DNA from: a virus
Lineage: Duplodnaviria > Caudoviricetes
Reading direction: 5' to 3' (one strand)
Length of the DNA: 40,918 nt
IMG/VR virus record: IMGVR_UViG_3300045557_000071
Location: 1 to 40,918 of that record
Shown piece after piece: positions 24,407 to 34,790 of this stretch; the first letter of the stretch is position 1; every line of letters starts with the position of its first letter. The position numbers and the translations under genes were made by a program. Below the pieces are notes generated by a model. It searched no databases and was not told the DNA's origin. It saw nothing but the letters and a program-made list of their open reading frames with translations.

Positions 24407-26734
24407 ATGGCTAGGATTGGTGGCGGAGCAGTTCCGGTTTATCAGCGGCAGATTCAAGAACAACCGATGCCGGCGGCACGGATGGCAGACGTTGTCGACC
24501 CGGCGGCGTTTGGCGTTGGTGGCGCGCAGGCGATGCTGCGCGGAGCTGACCAAATGGACCGGGCTGGAAGAGAAACCTTCGGTCTTGGCATGATGATCCA
24601 GAAACGAGCCCGTGAATTGCAGCAGGAAGAAGATCACGCGGCGGCGCTTGACGCGAGCAACCAGTTCTTGACCGAAGTAAACGGGTATTTGTATAACGAT
24701 CAAACCGGTTTAATGAATAAAAAAGGCAAGGACGCTATAGGAATAGCCGCAACGGCTCCGGACGAATTAAGCAAGATATCTAAAACAATTGGATCAAAGC
24801 TAAAAAACCCAAATCAGCAATTGTTATTCGGTCGTATGGTTGGAAGCGAAATCAACTCGACTATTCGTGAAGTATTCCGTCACCAGGCGAAAGAAAAATA
24901 TTTTTATGATGAACAGAATACGGCAGCGCTTGTGGATAATTTCAAGCGGGCCATGGTCATGACGGATTCAGTGGACAAGTATTTGGATTCGAGAGCAGCA
25001 CTGGAAGCAAATATACGAAATCGCTATGAAAAGACGCACGGTACTACCTTTGTCAATGAAACAATTTTCAATGTGAATAGTGATGTTCATCTGCAAAAAG
25101 CCAACAATCTTGCATTGTCGAGCTATGAAGCAGGAATGAGTTACCTGACCGCCCATAAGAACGAGATAGATCCTGCTAAGTTTTCCGCCAGTGCCAAAGT
25201 TTTTACTGAAAAACTGAAAAAGATTGATTACAACGTTCAAGCAAAATCGATTCTGGCGGAAACGGGATATAATCTGCCGGCAGCGCTGGCGAGGATACAG
25301 GGTGGCGGTACGGCTGCACCGTCCTGGACGCTATTAAAAGCAGCTGGAGATCAGTATTTGGGAATGCAATATAAACTTGGCGGAGATGGGAAAACTTCGA
25401 TTGATTGTAGCGAATTTACTAGGCAGGTATTTGCAAAAGTCGGGGTAGATTTGGGAACGAGAGATGCGTCGGAGCAAGCGAGAAAGTTAAATGATAGCGG
25501 AACATTTTTCGCCGATAGATCCCAGCTGCAACCAGGAGATATGGTTTTTTACAAAAATACTTATGAGCCGCCGGAAGGTCACGGGTTCCAAAATATTACC
25601 CATGTTGGGATTTATGCCGGTGACGGAAAGATATTACATGCGGGATCTTCTAAGGGTGTCTCTTATACCATGATTGATTCGCCTGGAGAAGTTGCCGGTT
25701 ATGGCCGGGTGGCGAAGCAGCGGTCGAAGGAAGAAGATTATGAATTGAATGCAGCGGTTGTCTCCGAGTTTGGCAAGTTCAAATATGTGAAAGACGCAAC
25801 CCAGCATGACGAAATGATTCGCGTTAAAAACATTCTAGCCACAACTAGTGATCCGGCTGTATGGAAGGAAACCATAGAAAACTCATCACTTGAGCCGTAT
25901 ATGAAAAGCGCCACGATCAAAGCGATGGTGGAAAACAGGGAATCGACCGATCGGGCAAAGCTATCTCTTATTACAATGCGCGCCCAGGGGAAGTTGACCA
26001 CTGATGCGGTGAATCAGTTTGCCAGTGAATTGTCCAAAAATGATTTGATGCGGTTTTGGGAAGATGCTGTCAAGATATCGGTCGGTAAGGATGACAAGAT
26101 TTCGGAATCAGCCAACCATTCCATTCTGCAAATGGTGGAAGAAGTGGGAAGCTACAGCAAGGAAGAAAAAGCGGCTCTTAAACTATCTGTCATGCAGCGG
26201 CTTGATGATGAGGGACTGACCGGCTGGACCAGGCAGTCGCGGGCCAAAGAACTGATTGAAGAGGATAAAAAAGAGAAAGGCTCTGTCTATAAGACGCATT
26301 TTCAAAACACGGAGCGGGTCGGCTGGTTGAAACGATCGTGGGATGAGCGGGAAGTGGATTTGGTTCTGGAAGGAATGCGCTTGCAGGATGCTTCCCTGGG
26401 GGTTAAACGTGAACCGGATACCGTATATGCAGAACAAGTCCTTATGTCGATCAATCGCAAGGATCCTACACAACAAAAAGCAGTCGACCATCTGATTGCG
26501 CTGCGTCAGCCAATTACAATCCGAAACCTGAATACGGTGGCGGGGGCTATTGAATCGCTGCGAAGTAACAATGAACCACTAACTACTGCCAATATTAACG
26601 AGGCTATACGACGCGGAATTGGTCAGGGTTATCAAGGCATCTCCCTATATGGTGCGCCGGGTGCGCCTTCCGTTCCTGTCAACAAGCCGAATGAAAATTT
26701 CCAGTTTAACAATGATTACATGATGACGCCGTAG
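24407..26734 (+). CDS. Internal virion (ejection) protein with NlpC/P60 peptidoglycan peptidase
   Basis: YKLGG.....IDCS.FT..VF...LQPGDMVFY...HVGIY.GDGK.LHA at ~25350-25710 within a helical protein. Confidence 0.88.
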   Translation: MARIGGGAVPVYQRQIQEQPMPAARMADVVDPAAFGVGGAQAMLRGADQMDRAGRETFGLGMMIQKRARELQQEEDHAAALDASNQFLTEVNGYLYNDQTGLMNKKGKDAIGIAATAPDELSKISKTIGSKLKNPNQQLLFGRMVGSEINSTIREVFRHQAKEKYFYDEQNTAALVDNFKRAMVMTDSVDKYLDSRAALEANIRNRYEKTHGTTFVNETIFNVNSDVHLQKANNLALSSYEAGMSYLTAHKNEIDPAKFSASAKVFTEKLKKIDYNVQAKSILAETGYNLPAALARIQGGGTAAPSWTLLKAAGDQYLGMQYKLGGDGKTSIDCSEFTRQVFAKVGVDLGTRDASEQARKLNDSGTFFADRSQLQPGDMVFYKNTYEPPEGHGFQNITHVGIYAGDGKILHAGSSKGVSYTMIDSPGEVAGYGRVAKQRSKEEDYELNAAVVSEFGKFKYVKDATQHDEMIRVKNILATTSDPAVWKETIENSSLEPYMKSATIKAMVENRESTDRAKLSLITMRAQGKLTTDAVNQFASELSKNDLMRFWEDAVKISVGKDDKISESANHSILQMVEEVGSYSKEEKAALKLSVMQRLDDEGLTGWTRQSRAKELIEEDKKEKGSVYKTHFQNTERVGWLKRSWDEREVDLVLEGMRLQDASLGVKREPDTVYAEQVLMSINRKDPTQQKAVDHLIALRQPITIRNLNTVAGAIESLRSNNEPLTTANINEAIRRGIGQGYQGISLYGAPGAPSVPVNKPNENFQFNNDYMMTP

Positions 26735-26742
26735 GAGGATCC

Positions 26743-29700
26743 ATGAACGATTTTAATTTGCCGTTGCCTGACCGCCGTTCCGGCCTTGCCGATTTATTTG
26801 AACAGACGCGCGATCTGTCGCCGATCCAGGCGGCGGAAATTATTCGGCTGTCTGGACGGTACAATGTGCCGGCGGATCAAATTGCATCCTCGATTGATGC
26901 GTTCAAAAACGGAACCATAGATAATGTGGACTGGGCAGCACTGGAACGTAATTCACCCAAGACCGCAGAATTTTTGCAGGATCCGTATTATATGGCTACA
27001 ATCCGGAACCGGACACGACAGCTTGAAGATATTGAGGGCGCGTGGAAACCGTGGCGGGCGTTAAAGGAAGGCGGCAAGGATGTTGCCACGGCTCTTATTG
27101 GCGCGTTGAAAGGAAAATATGAGTCAGACGTAAATACAGATCGAACTGTTGTGTCGGATTTTGACCCGTCGCAAACGTTCACTTATAAAGCGCCGCAAAA
27201 ACCGCTTAGGGCGGAAACACTGGATAAACTTCTGGCATCGGAATACCTGCAACCGAAAGAAGTGAAAGGCGATACGGCCATTGGCCAGTTTGGCCTGGAT
27301 GTTGTGCGCATGGCTCCGCAAATTGCTTCGCAATGGGCAGCGTTTGCCTTGACCGGAGGCGCTGGCTCCATGGCGTTCATGGGGTCGCAAATTGCCGGTA
27401 GCCAGTATTTGAAATTGACCAGGGACGGGGTTGCGTCGGATCGGGCATTTCAGTCGGCTATGATGGATGCAATTATGCAGGCTCCACTGGAGCAGATCGG
27501 CCTTGGTAAAGTGTTCAAGAAAATTCCGGCCGGAACGTCGGCGGCGTTCAAGGCACGAGAAGTCATGGAGCGGACGCTCACAGAAGGAATTACCGAGTGG
27601 ATGCAGCAGTATCCAGAAGCGGCGACAGAGCTTTGGGCAAAGCATCCTGACAAAACGCCGGCGCAACTGGCGGGAATGTTTGCCGACGATTTTGCCGACA
27701 TTACGCAGGAAGGGATTTATCAGGGGTTGGTGGCGGCTCCGTATGGTTTCCTGGGCGGTGCCATTTCTGTAAAAATGCAGGAGCAGGTGGCGCGGCAGTT
27801 TGTTGCTCAGCGAGAAGTTGTGCAGGCAAAACTTAGACAATCGGATTTGTCCGGACTCAGTCCCGAAGTGCTGGAAAAACACTCGGAATATGTGTCCGGC
27901 GGTGCTTCGGTTTATGTTGATCCGGATGCCGTGGTGGCGTTATATCAGTCGGAGCAGATTCCGCCGCAAGAGATCGAAGAAAAACTGGGTATCACGATCG
28001 AGCAGGCGCGACAGGCAGAAGAAAACGGCGAACTGCTCAAGGTTTCTGCCGGTCGCTATGATGTGGCTGCCGCGCGGGATCCGCGAATCCATGATGCGCT
28101 AAAGGAATCCATTGCCCAGGATGAAAATGGGCTGACACTACGGAGATTGAGTGAACGTGCTGAATTGAACAAAAGCGACATCGAGACTTCTATCGCATCG
28201 GCAAGCCAGCGACGGGAAGAACTAAAGGCAATCAGCGCCGTAAAAGAGCGAGAGATGCGTGATGCCGGCATGTCCGCCGAAGAAGCAAAGTCGGCGACCG
28301 CCCTGCTTATTCGTCATGCCCATGTGATGAGCGCGGATCCGGCAGCCTGGTTGCGTGATAAGGCTCCTCTCTTTGTAAAAGGGAAGAGTGAGCATGCAAT
28401 GCTGGCGCAACTCAATGAAGATGTGGATGTCAACGCTAGTGTTCCTGTGGTGAAGCTGGGAGAATTGACTGGGGTCGTAGATCGTCAATCATTGATCAGT
28501 CATGTATCTAGCCTTGTCGGAAAGCCGATCTCGGCTGCTGACCAGAAGGCTATCTTTAACGTACTACCGACAAGAACCAGTCAGAAGCATATTGTTTGGT
28601 CGAGCAGAAAGAATAAACGATTTAATGATGTTCGCAAGGCATCTTTATTGAATATCAAAGATCTGATTGAAAACGCAGTATTGATCGAAAGTCAATCAAA
28701 CCAAAAGAGCGACAAAAAACCGGGCGTGTCAGCGTATCATCGCTTTTACGTCCCGGTTGAGTTTGGCGGAGAAGCCCATGCGATTCGCATTGTAGCAGAA
28801 GAGACAAACGGGGTTATAACTCTTGATCCTACAAATGTAGACTTGTATGACGTGTTGGTGGAGAAAAACATTCGAAACTCCTTCCCGACCAGTCAAGCCG
28901 CTGGGAAAACCAGCGACGACCTTGTGCCAGCCGAAGGAGCTTCTACCATCACTATACGCCAGATGTTGTCTGGTGTCAAGGACATGGACGGAAAACCGTA
29001 TATTCCCGACAAGTACGAGCCGGGAAACCTATTGCAGTCAGAACTCGGATTTTATTCGGGCGTTGATCGTGCGCTTGCCAATATGGACTTTCATTCTATG
29101 CCGGCCAATGATCTACTACAACGTATTCAAGCAGCGAAGGGGATCAAGCAAGAGGAAATTGAGTGGCTGGGGTTGGTCGATTTCCTTAAGGCAAAGGCCG
29201 GTAAGGTAACAAAAGAAGAGGTTTTAGCATTTGTTCGTCAGGGTGGCGTAACAATTAATGAAGTGACAAAAGGGGCCGGTGGCGAAAGTCGTCTTGATTA
29301 CGAGCAAGATCCGGAAGATGGTTCTTGGCGTGTGTATACAGTCGATAATGAAGAAATCATACAAGCCTTTGACGAACAAGCAGAGGCTAGAGAGTTTGTT
29401 GAAAAGGAAAACCTAAAACGTGGTAACACCAAATTCGGTCAGTATCAGCTGCCTGGTGGCGATAACTATCGGGAAGTGTTGCTGACGTTGCCAGAGAAAG
29501 AGTCGGCATCGTCTTGGACTGAAGCGCAAACAAGCAGTCCGAAGTTTCAATCCTCCCATTGGTCTGAACCCAACGTCCTTGCGCACTTCCGTCTAAACGA
29601 CCGTAGCGTTGATGGTCGGCGGGTGCTGTTTGTTGAGGAAATCCAAAGCGATTGGCATCAGAAGGGGAAGAAGGAAGGGTATGGTAAGGAAGAAAAATAT

Positions 29701-32700
29701 GGGGTTTATCAAAACCAAAATCTGATTGGTGAGTATACCTCAAAGAATGAGGCGCAAGCCGCGCTTGATGCTGTTGGTGGCAATGGGGAAATATTGGATT
29801 GGTCAAAAAACAGAACCATCGACGCCCCCTTCAAGTCCACCCCTGCTTGGTCGATGCTGGCATTCAAGCGAATCCTCCGCATGGCAGTCGAGCAGGGTTA
29901 TGATTCAGTCGCATGGACACCGGGCGAGGTGCAGGCTGAACGGTATGATTTGAGTAAAACGATTGACTCAGTAGAATACACGCAGGACAAAACCGGAACA
30001 AACTTCCCCGGTGTTGTGCGGGCATACCCCAAAGGTGGCGACAGAACGCAGATAGTCGTCAAGCGGGTAAACAGCGAAAGTGAATTATCTGACACTGTGG
30101 GAAAAGAACTTGCCGAAAAAATCATGCAAAGCAAAATTCCAACACGCGGCAAAAATGCTGGTAGTGTAGAGTTTCGTGGTCTTGACCTCAAAGTCGGCGG
30201 CGAAGGTATGAAAGGTTTCTACGACAAAATCCTGCCTGCCGAAGTCGGTAAGTATGTCAAAAAAATGGACAAAGATGCAAAGGTAGTAACGGTGAGCATA
30301 GGGATCGATAAATATCCGGATGTTCAATCGGTGGAATTTGAGCTTGCAGCAAGACGCGGCGAATCATTAGACCAGATTAGTCAAGCTGTGTGGTCAGTTC
30401 CAATTACTGATAAAATTCGTGATTCGGTTTTGCAAGGGCAATCTCTTTTCCAAAACTCGGGTATTGTTCGCGGAGGTTTCTCCTGGCACACGCAGCGCCC
30501 GGTGATTACTCTGTTCGAAAGGGCCAATACCTCGACAATTATTCATGAGATGGCCGGCCATTATTTCATGTACAACTTGTTCAATGAAGGCGCTGTAGAG
30601 AATGCGCCAGAGTGGATGCAAAAAGACCGTCGGACAATGTTGGAGTATGTCGGCATCAGTGAAAATGATTGGCCGGATCTATGGGCAAAAGCCAATGAGG
30701 GAAGCCGCGAAGAATGGAACATGCCGGACGCGGATCTGGCCAATTCTGTGGAGCGGCGAGAGATTCGCCAGGCGATCCTGACGGTAAGAACCGCGCATGA
30801 GAAAATGGCCAAGGCAGCCGAAGCGTATTTTATGACAGGCGAAGCACCGACGATTGATACCCGGTCGATATTCCGCAAGTTCAAGGATTGGCTGACCAAT
30901 ATATATTTTGATGTATCGCGTCTGGGCGTGGAAATGCCGGCGGAAGTCCGAAAGGTATTTGACCGGATGGTGGCGACGCAGGAAGAGATTGAGCAAACCG
31001 AAGCGGTGGCGAAATATCATGAGCGGTTGCCTGCTGGTGTATATGAGTCGTTGACTGATGGACAGAAGAACGAGCTGGACCGTGCGATGCGCAATGCACG
31101 TGAGCGGGCGGAAGATTTGCTGCGCCGGCGGCTTATGGCTGATTTGTCGGACGATGTAAAAAAAGAAATCGAGGGAATGTTTGAAACTGTTCGGTCCGAA
31201 GTGGTGGCGGAGCGGGCGGAGAATGTCGCACAAAACCTGTATGACGCGTTGGAGTTGCCACTAACGGAAGACGAGCGTTTCATGCTGGACGTTTCAGAAA
31301 TGTTTGACGCAGCGCCGCAGCAACTCTTGGCAGAGCTTACGCAAAGCCGGAACCGGCAGGTTGAGGAAATGGCTCGATATCTGCGAGGCAACCATGGAGA
31401 CGGTGTGGAGACGGTGCTTGTTCAGGATCCGGGAGGATATGCCGATGGTGGCTACCGCGTATCGCATAACGCAAAGTGGTACCAGGATTTCTATGCAGAA
31501 CATAAGAGGCAGCCGACATTGGAAGAATTTCGTTACCTGGCGGAAAAGTTTCTTAGCCAAGGGTTTGAAGATGCTTATGAGGTTGTGCCGCCTAGCGCGG
31601 TATTCTTGGCAACAAATGAAGCGATTCAGGCAACGTCCAGCACGATCGAGAAAACAAAAGCTTCGACGTGGGATCTGCAAAAAGGAACTGAACTGTCCGA
31701 TGCGGCGCGGATGGCTGTCTCGTATTTCATTTCCGACGGTGGCGACGTGGCTCCGGAAGGGATGCCGGTAGCGGCAAAGCTGCAAAGCATGGAAGAACTT
31801 ATCCGCAAAATGGGTCCGGAGTTTGAAGCTATGGCGACCGCATCTGGATTTGATTCTGCCGATGCTGCCCTGGTCATGCTCAAAAAACTGAAACCGATGA
31901 CGGAAGAAATCGGAGATCGGGTACGGCGGGAAGTGGATGAGAAATATAATCTGCTGCGGAATCGCGATGTGATGCGCCAGGCGGCGGAGGAATCTATGTA
32001 TACTGACGAAGGGTTGCTGCTGGTGGCGGCAGAACAGCAAATTCTTGAAGAAAAACTTCAAGGCGTGATGGATCGAGCATCGGCCAGGGAGCGGCAGCAG
32101 GTGATTCGTGACATTGCAAAGCGACAGGCTGGCGAAATGATGTCAAAGCGAACGATCGAGGAAGCGCTTCGGCTGCAAAGTTATATCGCTGCCGAACGCA
32201 GAGCAGCGGAAAAAGCGTCCTGGTATATGGCAAAAGGTGATCTGGCGGCGGCGAAAGAGCAGAAGATGCTCCAAGTATTAAATCATGCATTGGTCCAGCA
32301 GTCCCTCGAAATGCGGCGTGAGTTTGAACGGATTAACAAGTATTTATATGGCCAGCGTAAGGCCGGCAGCAATACCTGGGAGTCTGATGAACATTTCTAT
32401 CAGGCGGCGGAACTCTTGCGCCGATTTGGATTTATCCGGCGGGATTACGGTCCGAACATGCGCAAGGAAACTCTGGCCATGTGGATGGATGCACAAAAGG
32501 AAAAAGAAGCGCCGGTGGCGGTGGCAGACTGGCTGACTAACGAAACGATCATGCGAGATCCTCGTAAGCTAACCATGGATCAATATAAGGACGTGGAAAA
32601 CGCGCTGCGCAATATCAAGCATATTGCCAAACAGGAAAAGCGGTTTGTTCGTGCTTTTGAAGGCGGATTGATCCAAGATGCTATTGGCCAGATGGCGATG

Positions 32701-34779
32701 GCTCCAGGAGTCAAACACCCAACACCGGAGTTTTCTAGACACAAGACAACGATCGAGAAGATGGCGGAGTCGGCCAGCGGTTTGAAATATGGCTTGATAA
32801 CGCCGGAAACGATGTTGCGCCTGCTTGATGGTCGTGAGGGTCTGGGCGCGTGGTGGCAGGGGTTTTACCGGCCATTTTATGAGGCGGCAAATTCTGAGGC
32901 AACATTTCAGGAATGGATTGCCCCAAAACTGAAAGAATTGTTTGCAATGTACACGACCGGCGAACGCAAACAGTGGATCAACGAGAAGATGTACATTCCG
33001 GAACTACAGGTATCGTTTACGCGGGGAGAGCTGCTTATGATTGCCATGAACTGGGGAAATGACGGAAACAAAAACCGGCTGATATCCGGCTGGTCCAGAC
33101 ATCCGATGTTTCCGCAATTTGGTGAAACATGGCGGGAAGAAAACCTACTTGCGGTGCTGGAAAAGTATACGGACGCGCGGGACTGGGAATTTGTCCAGGG
33201 CGTATGGGATCTTTTTGAATCGCTGCGTGAAGACGTGTTCGCCATGCACAAGCGGGCAACGGGTTTCGCGCCGCAGGCAGTGGAAGCGGAACCGGTAAGG
33301 ATTCATGGAAAAACATATCGCGGTGGATATTTCCCGCTGGTAAAAGATACGCGGTATGTCGTGGATCCGCGCAAGGCAGTTGATGAAGCGCAGGAACTTT
33401 CACCGGAGCAACCTTTCTTTAAGGCAATGACAAAGAAAGGTCATACGGAGGCCCGGATGAAAGGCGCGGTGTATCCGGTATCGCTCGATATGGGAATCGT
33501 GCAGCGGGCTATGGATGATTCGGTTCATGACCTGACTCATCGCGAGGCAGTCATTGATGCAAATAAGCTGATGGCGGATCCCGGAATGCAACAGATCCTG
33601 GTGGAGTCATTCGGCGGGAAAATTGGTTATGAGTTTTTCGACAACTGGATCAAGGCCATGGCCGGACAAGTTGACCGTCCGCTGGCATCAACAAAAGGGC
33701 TTCGCTGGTTTTCCCAGTGGCTGCGCCGAAACACGGTGATCAACATCATGGGGGCGCGATTATCAGTTTTGTTGCAGACGCCAACCAGCTTGACCAGTAT
33801 GCACTATGCGGCAAAGGAATTGGGGATCTCGGATACGGCCGGTGCGCTGGCATCGTTCTACTCTAAAGCCGTTGCGGATCCCGGCTACGTGATGCGGACG
33901 TTGGAAGAGATTTATGCAAAATCACCGGAGATGAAAAACAGGGTAAACAATGTAGATGCCAGTGTTCGGGAAGTATATCTGAAGGCGCTGGAAGGAGAGT
34001 CTGGCAAGGACAAAGTGGCGCGGGTGGCGATGGCCACGCACGGATGGCTTGACCGGTTTATCTCTGTTCCATTCTGGCTGCAGGCGTATCAGTTACAAGT
34101 GAATGCCGGCAAGAACGATGTCGATGCGGTGGCCTATGCGGATATGGTGATCCGGCGGGCATTCGGATCCGGACTGACGAAAGACAGGGCCGCCTGGCTG
34201 CGCAGCAACAATGAGTTGACGCGGTGGCTGACGATGTTCAGCACATACATGAATGCGCAGCTAAATATGGCATATGAATATGGATCCGGTGAAGTTAATG
34301 GAATGGTGGATGCGTCAAAGGCTGCTGGAATGGTGTTGGCATTTGGATTGTTTCCGGCGATATTGGAAGAGTTTTTAGCGGGACGCGGTCCGGATCAGGA
34401 CGACGATGATGAGAAAAAGGCAAAATGGTGGACGCGGAAGTTGCTGTCAAAACCGATAGAGCTGGTGCCAGGCGGTCGGGCTGTGTCAGATATGGTGTTT
34501 TCAAACATTATGGGTCTTGAGTATTACGGGTTCCGGCCATCGCCAATATCTCTCAGCATTGATGCGGTGGCGAAGATGCTCAAGTCGGTTTACAAAGTGG
34601 CGACGGGCAGAGCAAAAACACAGGAGACGCTGGAGTCAGCCGGTAAAGTTGTTGGCCTGGCGGTGCCGATTCCAGATCAATTCCTGATTTGGCTCTGGAA
34701 CACAGTTGATTACTGGAATAGCGGCATGAAGCCGCACGGCATGGATTTAATACGCCGGCGCGCGAAAGATGAAAGGTAG
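26743..34779 (+). CDS. Giant internal virion / large polyvalent protein, 2678 aa
   Basis: gp16 position; LPD3-like module, FYS...EEIQSDWHQ module, zincin-like STIIHEMAGH...HEKMA..AEAY, C-terminal RGGYFPL helical region. Confidence 0.85.
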   Translation: MNDFNLPLPDRRSGLADLFEQTRDLSPIQAAEIIRLSGRYNVPADQIASSIDAFKNGTIDNVDWAALERNSPKTAEFLQDPYYMATIRNRTRQLEDIEGAWKPWRALKEGGKDVATALIGALKGKYESDVNTDRTVVSDFDPSQTFTYKAPQKPLRAETLDKLLASEYLQPKEVKGDTAIGQFGLDVVRMAPQIASQWAAFALTGGAGSMAFMGSQIAGSQYLKLTRDGVASDRAFQSAMMDAIMQAPLEQIGLGKVFKKIPAGTSAAFKAREVMERTLTEGITEWMQQYPEAATELWAKHPDKTPAQLAGMFADDFADITQEGIYQGLVAAPYGFLGGAISVKMQEQVARQFVAQREVVQAKLRQSDLSGLSPEVLEKHSEYVSGGASVYVDPDAVVALYQSEQIPPQEIEEKLGITIEQARQAEENGELLKVSAGRYDVAAARDPRIHDALKESIAQDENGLTLRRLSERAELNKSDIETSIASASQRREELKAISAVKEREMRDAGMSAEEAKSATALLIRHAHVMSADPAAWLRDKAPLFVKGKSEHAMLAQLNEDVDVNASVPVVKLGELTGVVDRQSLISHVSSLVGKPISAADQKAIFNVLPTRTSQKHIVWSSRKNKRFNDVRKASLLNIKDLIENAVLIESQSNQKSDKKPGVSAYHRFYVPVEFGGEAHAIRIVAEETNGVITLDPTNVDLYDVLVEKNIRNSFPTSQAAGKTSDDLVPAEGASTITIRQMLSGVKDMDGKPYIPDKYEPGNLLQSELGFYSGVDRALANMDFHSMPANDLLQRIQAAKGIKQEEIEWLGLVDFLKAKAGKVTKEEVLAFVRQGGVTINEVTKGAGGESRLDYEQDPEDGSWRVYTVDNEEIIQAFDEQAEAREFVEKENLKRGNTKFGQYQLPGGDNYREVLLTLPEKESASSWTEAQTSSPKFQSSHWSEPNVLAHFRLNDRSVDGRRVLFVEEIQSDWHQKGKKEGYGKEEKYGVYQNQNLIGEYTSKNEAQAALDAVGGNGEILDWSKNRTIDAPFKSTPAWSMLAFKRILRMAVEQGYDSVAWTPGEVQAERYDLSKTIDSVEYTQDKTGTNFPGVVRAYPKGGDRTQIVVKRVNSESELSDTVGKELAEKIMQSKIPTRGKNAGSVEFRGLDLKVGGEGMKGFYDKILPAEVGKYVKKMDKDAKVVTVSIGIDKYPDVQSVEFELAARRGESLDQISQAVWSVPITDKIRDSVLQGQSLFQNSGIVRGGFSWHTQRPVITLFERANTSTIIHEMAGHYFMYNLFNEGAVENAPEWMQKDRRTMLEYVGISENDWPDLWAKANEGSREEWNMPDADLANSVERREIRQAILTVRTAHEKMAKAAEAYFMTGEAPTIDTRSIFRKFKDWLTNIYFDVSRLGVEMPAEVRKVFDRMVATQEEIEQTEAVAKYHERLPAGVYESLTDGQKNELDRAMRNARERAEDLLRRRLMADLSDDVKKEIEGMFETVRSEVVAERAENVAQNLYDALELPLTEDERFMLDVSEMFDAAPQQLLAELTQSRNRQVEEMARYLRGNHGDGVETVLVQDPGGYADGGYRVSHNAKWYQDFYAEHKRQPTLEEFRYLAEKFLSQGFEDAYEVVPPSAVFLATNEAIQATSSTIEKTKASTWDLQKGTELSDAARMAVSYFISDGGDVAPEGMPVAAKLQSMEELIRKMGPEFEAMATASGFDSADAALVMLKKLKPMTEEIGDRVRREVDEKYNLLRNRDVMRQAAEESMYTDEGLLLVAAEQQILEEKLQGVMDRASARERQQVIRDIAKRQAGEMMSKRTIEEALRLQSYIAAERRAAEKASWYMAKGDLAAAKEQKMLQVLNHALVQQSLEMRREFERINKYLYGQRKAGSNTWESDEHFYQAAELLRRFGFIRRDYGPNMRKETLAMWMDAQKEKEAPVAVADWLTNETIMRDPRKLTMDQYKDVENALRNIKHIAKQEKRFVRAFEGGLIQDAIGQMAMAPGVKHPTPEFSRHKTTIEKMAESASGLKYGLITPETMLRLLDGREGLGAWWQGFYRPFYEAANSEATFQEWIAPKLKELFAMYTTGERKQWINEKMYIPELQVSFTRGELLMIAMNWGNDGNKNRLISGWSRHPMFPQFGETWREENLLAVLEKYTDARDWEFVQGVWDLFESLREDVFAMHKRATGFAPQAVEAEPVRIHGKTYRGGYFPLVKDTRYVVDPRKAVDEAQELSPEQPFFKAMTKKGHTEARMKGAVYPVSLDMGIVQRAMDDSVHDLTHREAVIDANKLMADPGMQQILVESFGGKIGYEFFDNWIKAMAGQVDRPLASTKGLRWFSQWLRRNTVINIMGARLSVLLQTPTSLTSMHYAAKELGISDTAGALASFYSKAVADPGYVMRTLEEIYAKSPEMKNRVNNVDASVREVYLKALEGESGKDKVARVAMATHGWLDRFISVPFWLQAYQLQVNAGKNDVDAVAYADMVIRRAFGSGLTKDRAAWLRSNNELTRWLTMFSTYMNAQLNMAYEYGSGEVNGMVDASKAAGMVLAFGLFPAILEEFLAGRGPDQDDDDEKKAKWWTRKLLSKPIELVPGGRAVSDMVFSNIMGLEYYGFRPSPISLSIDAVAKMLKSVYKVATGRAKTQETLESAGKVVGLAVPIPDQFLIWLWNTVDYWNSGMKPHGMDLIRRRAKDER

Positions 34780-34790
34780 GGTGGCGAAGT

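Noticed and set aside
26988-34504. Long antisense and alternate-frame ORFs (e.g. 27124..27882, 31294..32061; also 4206..4907, 18713..19357)
   Set aside because: Shadow ORFs of well-supported genes, lacking RBS and recognisable motifs
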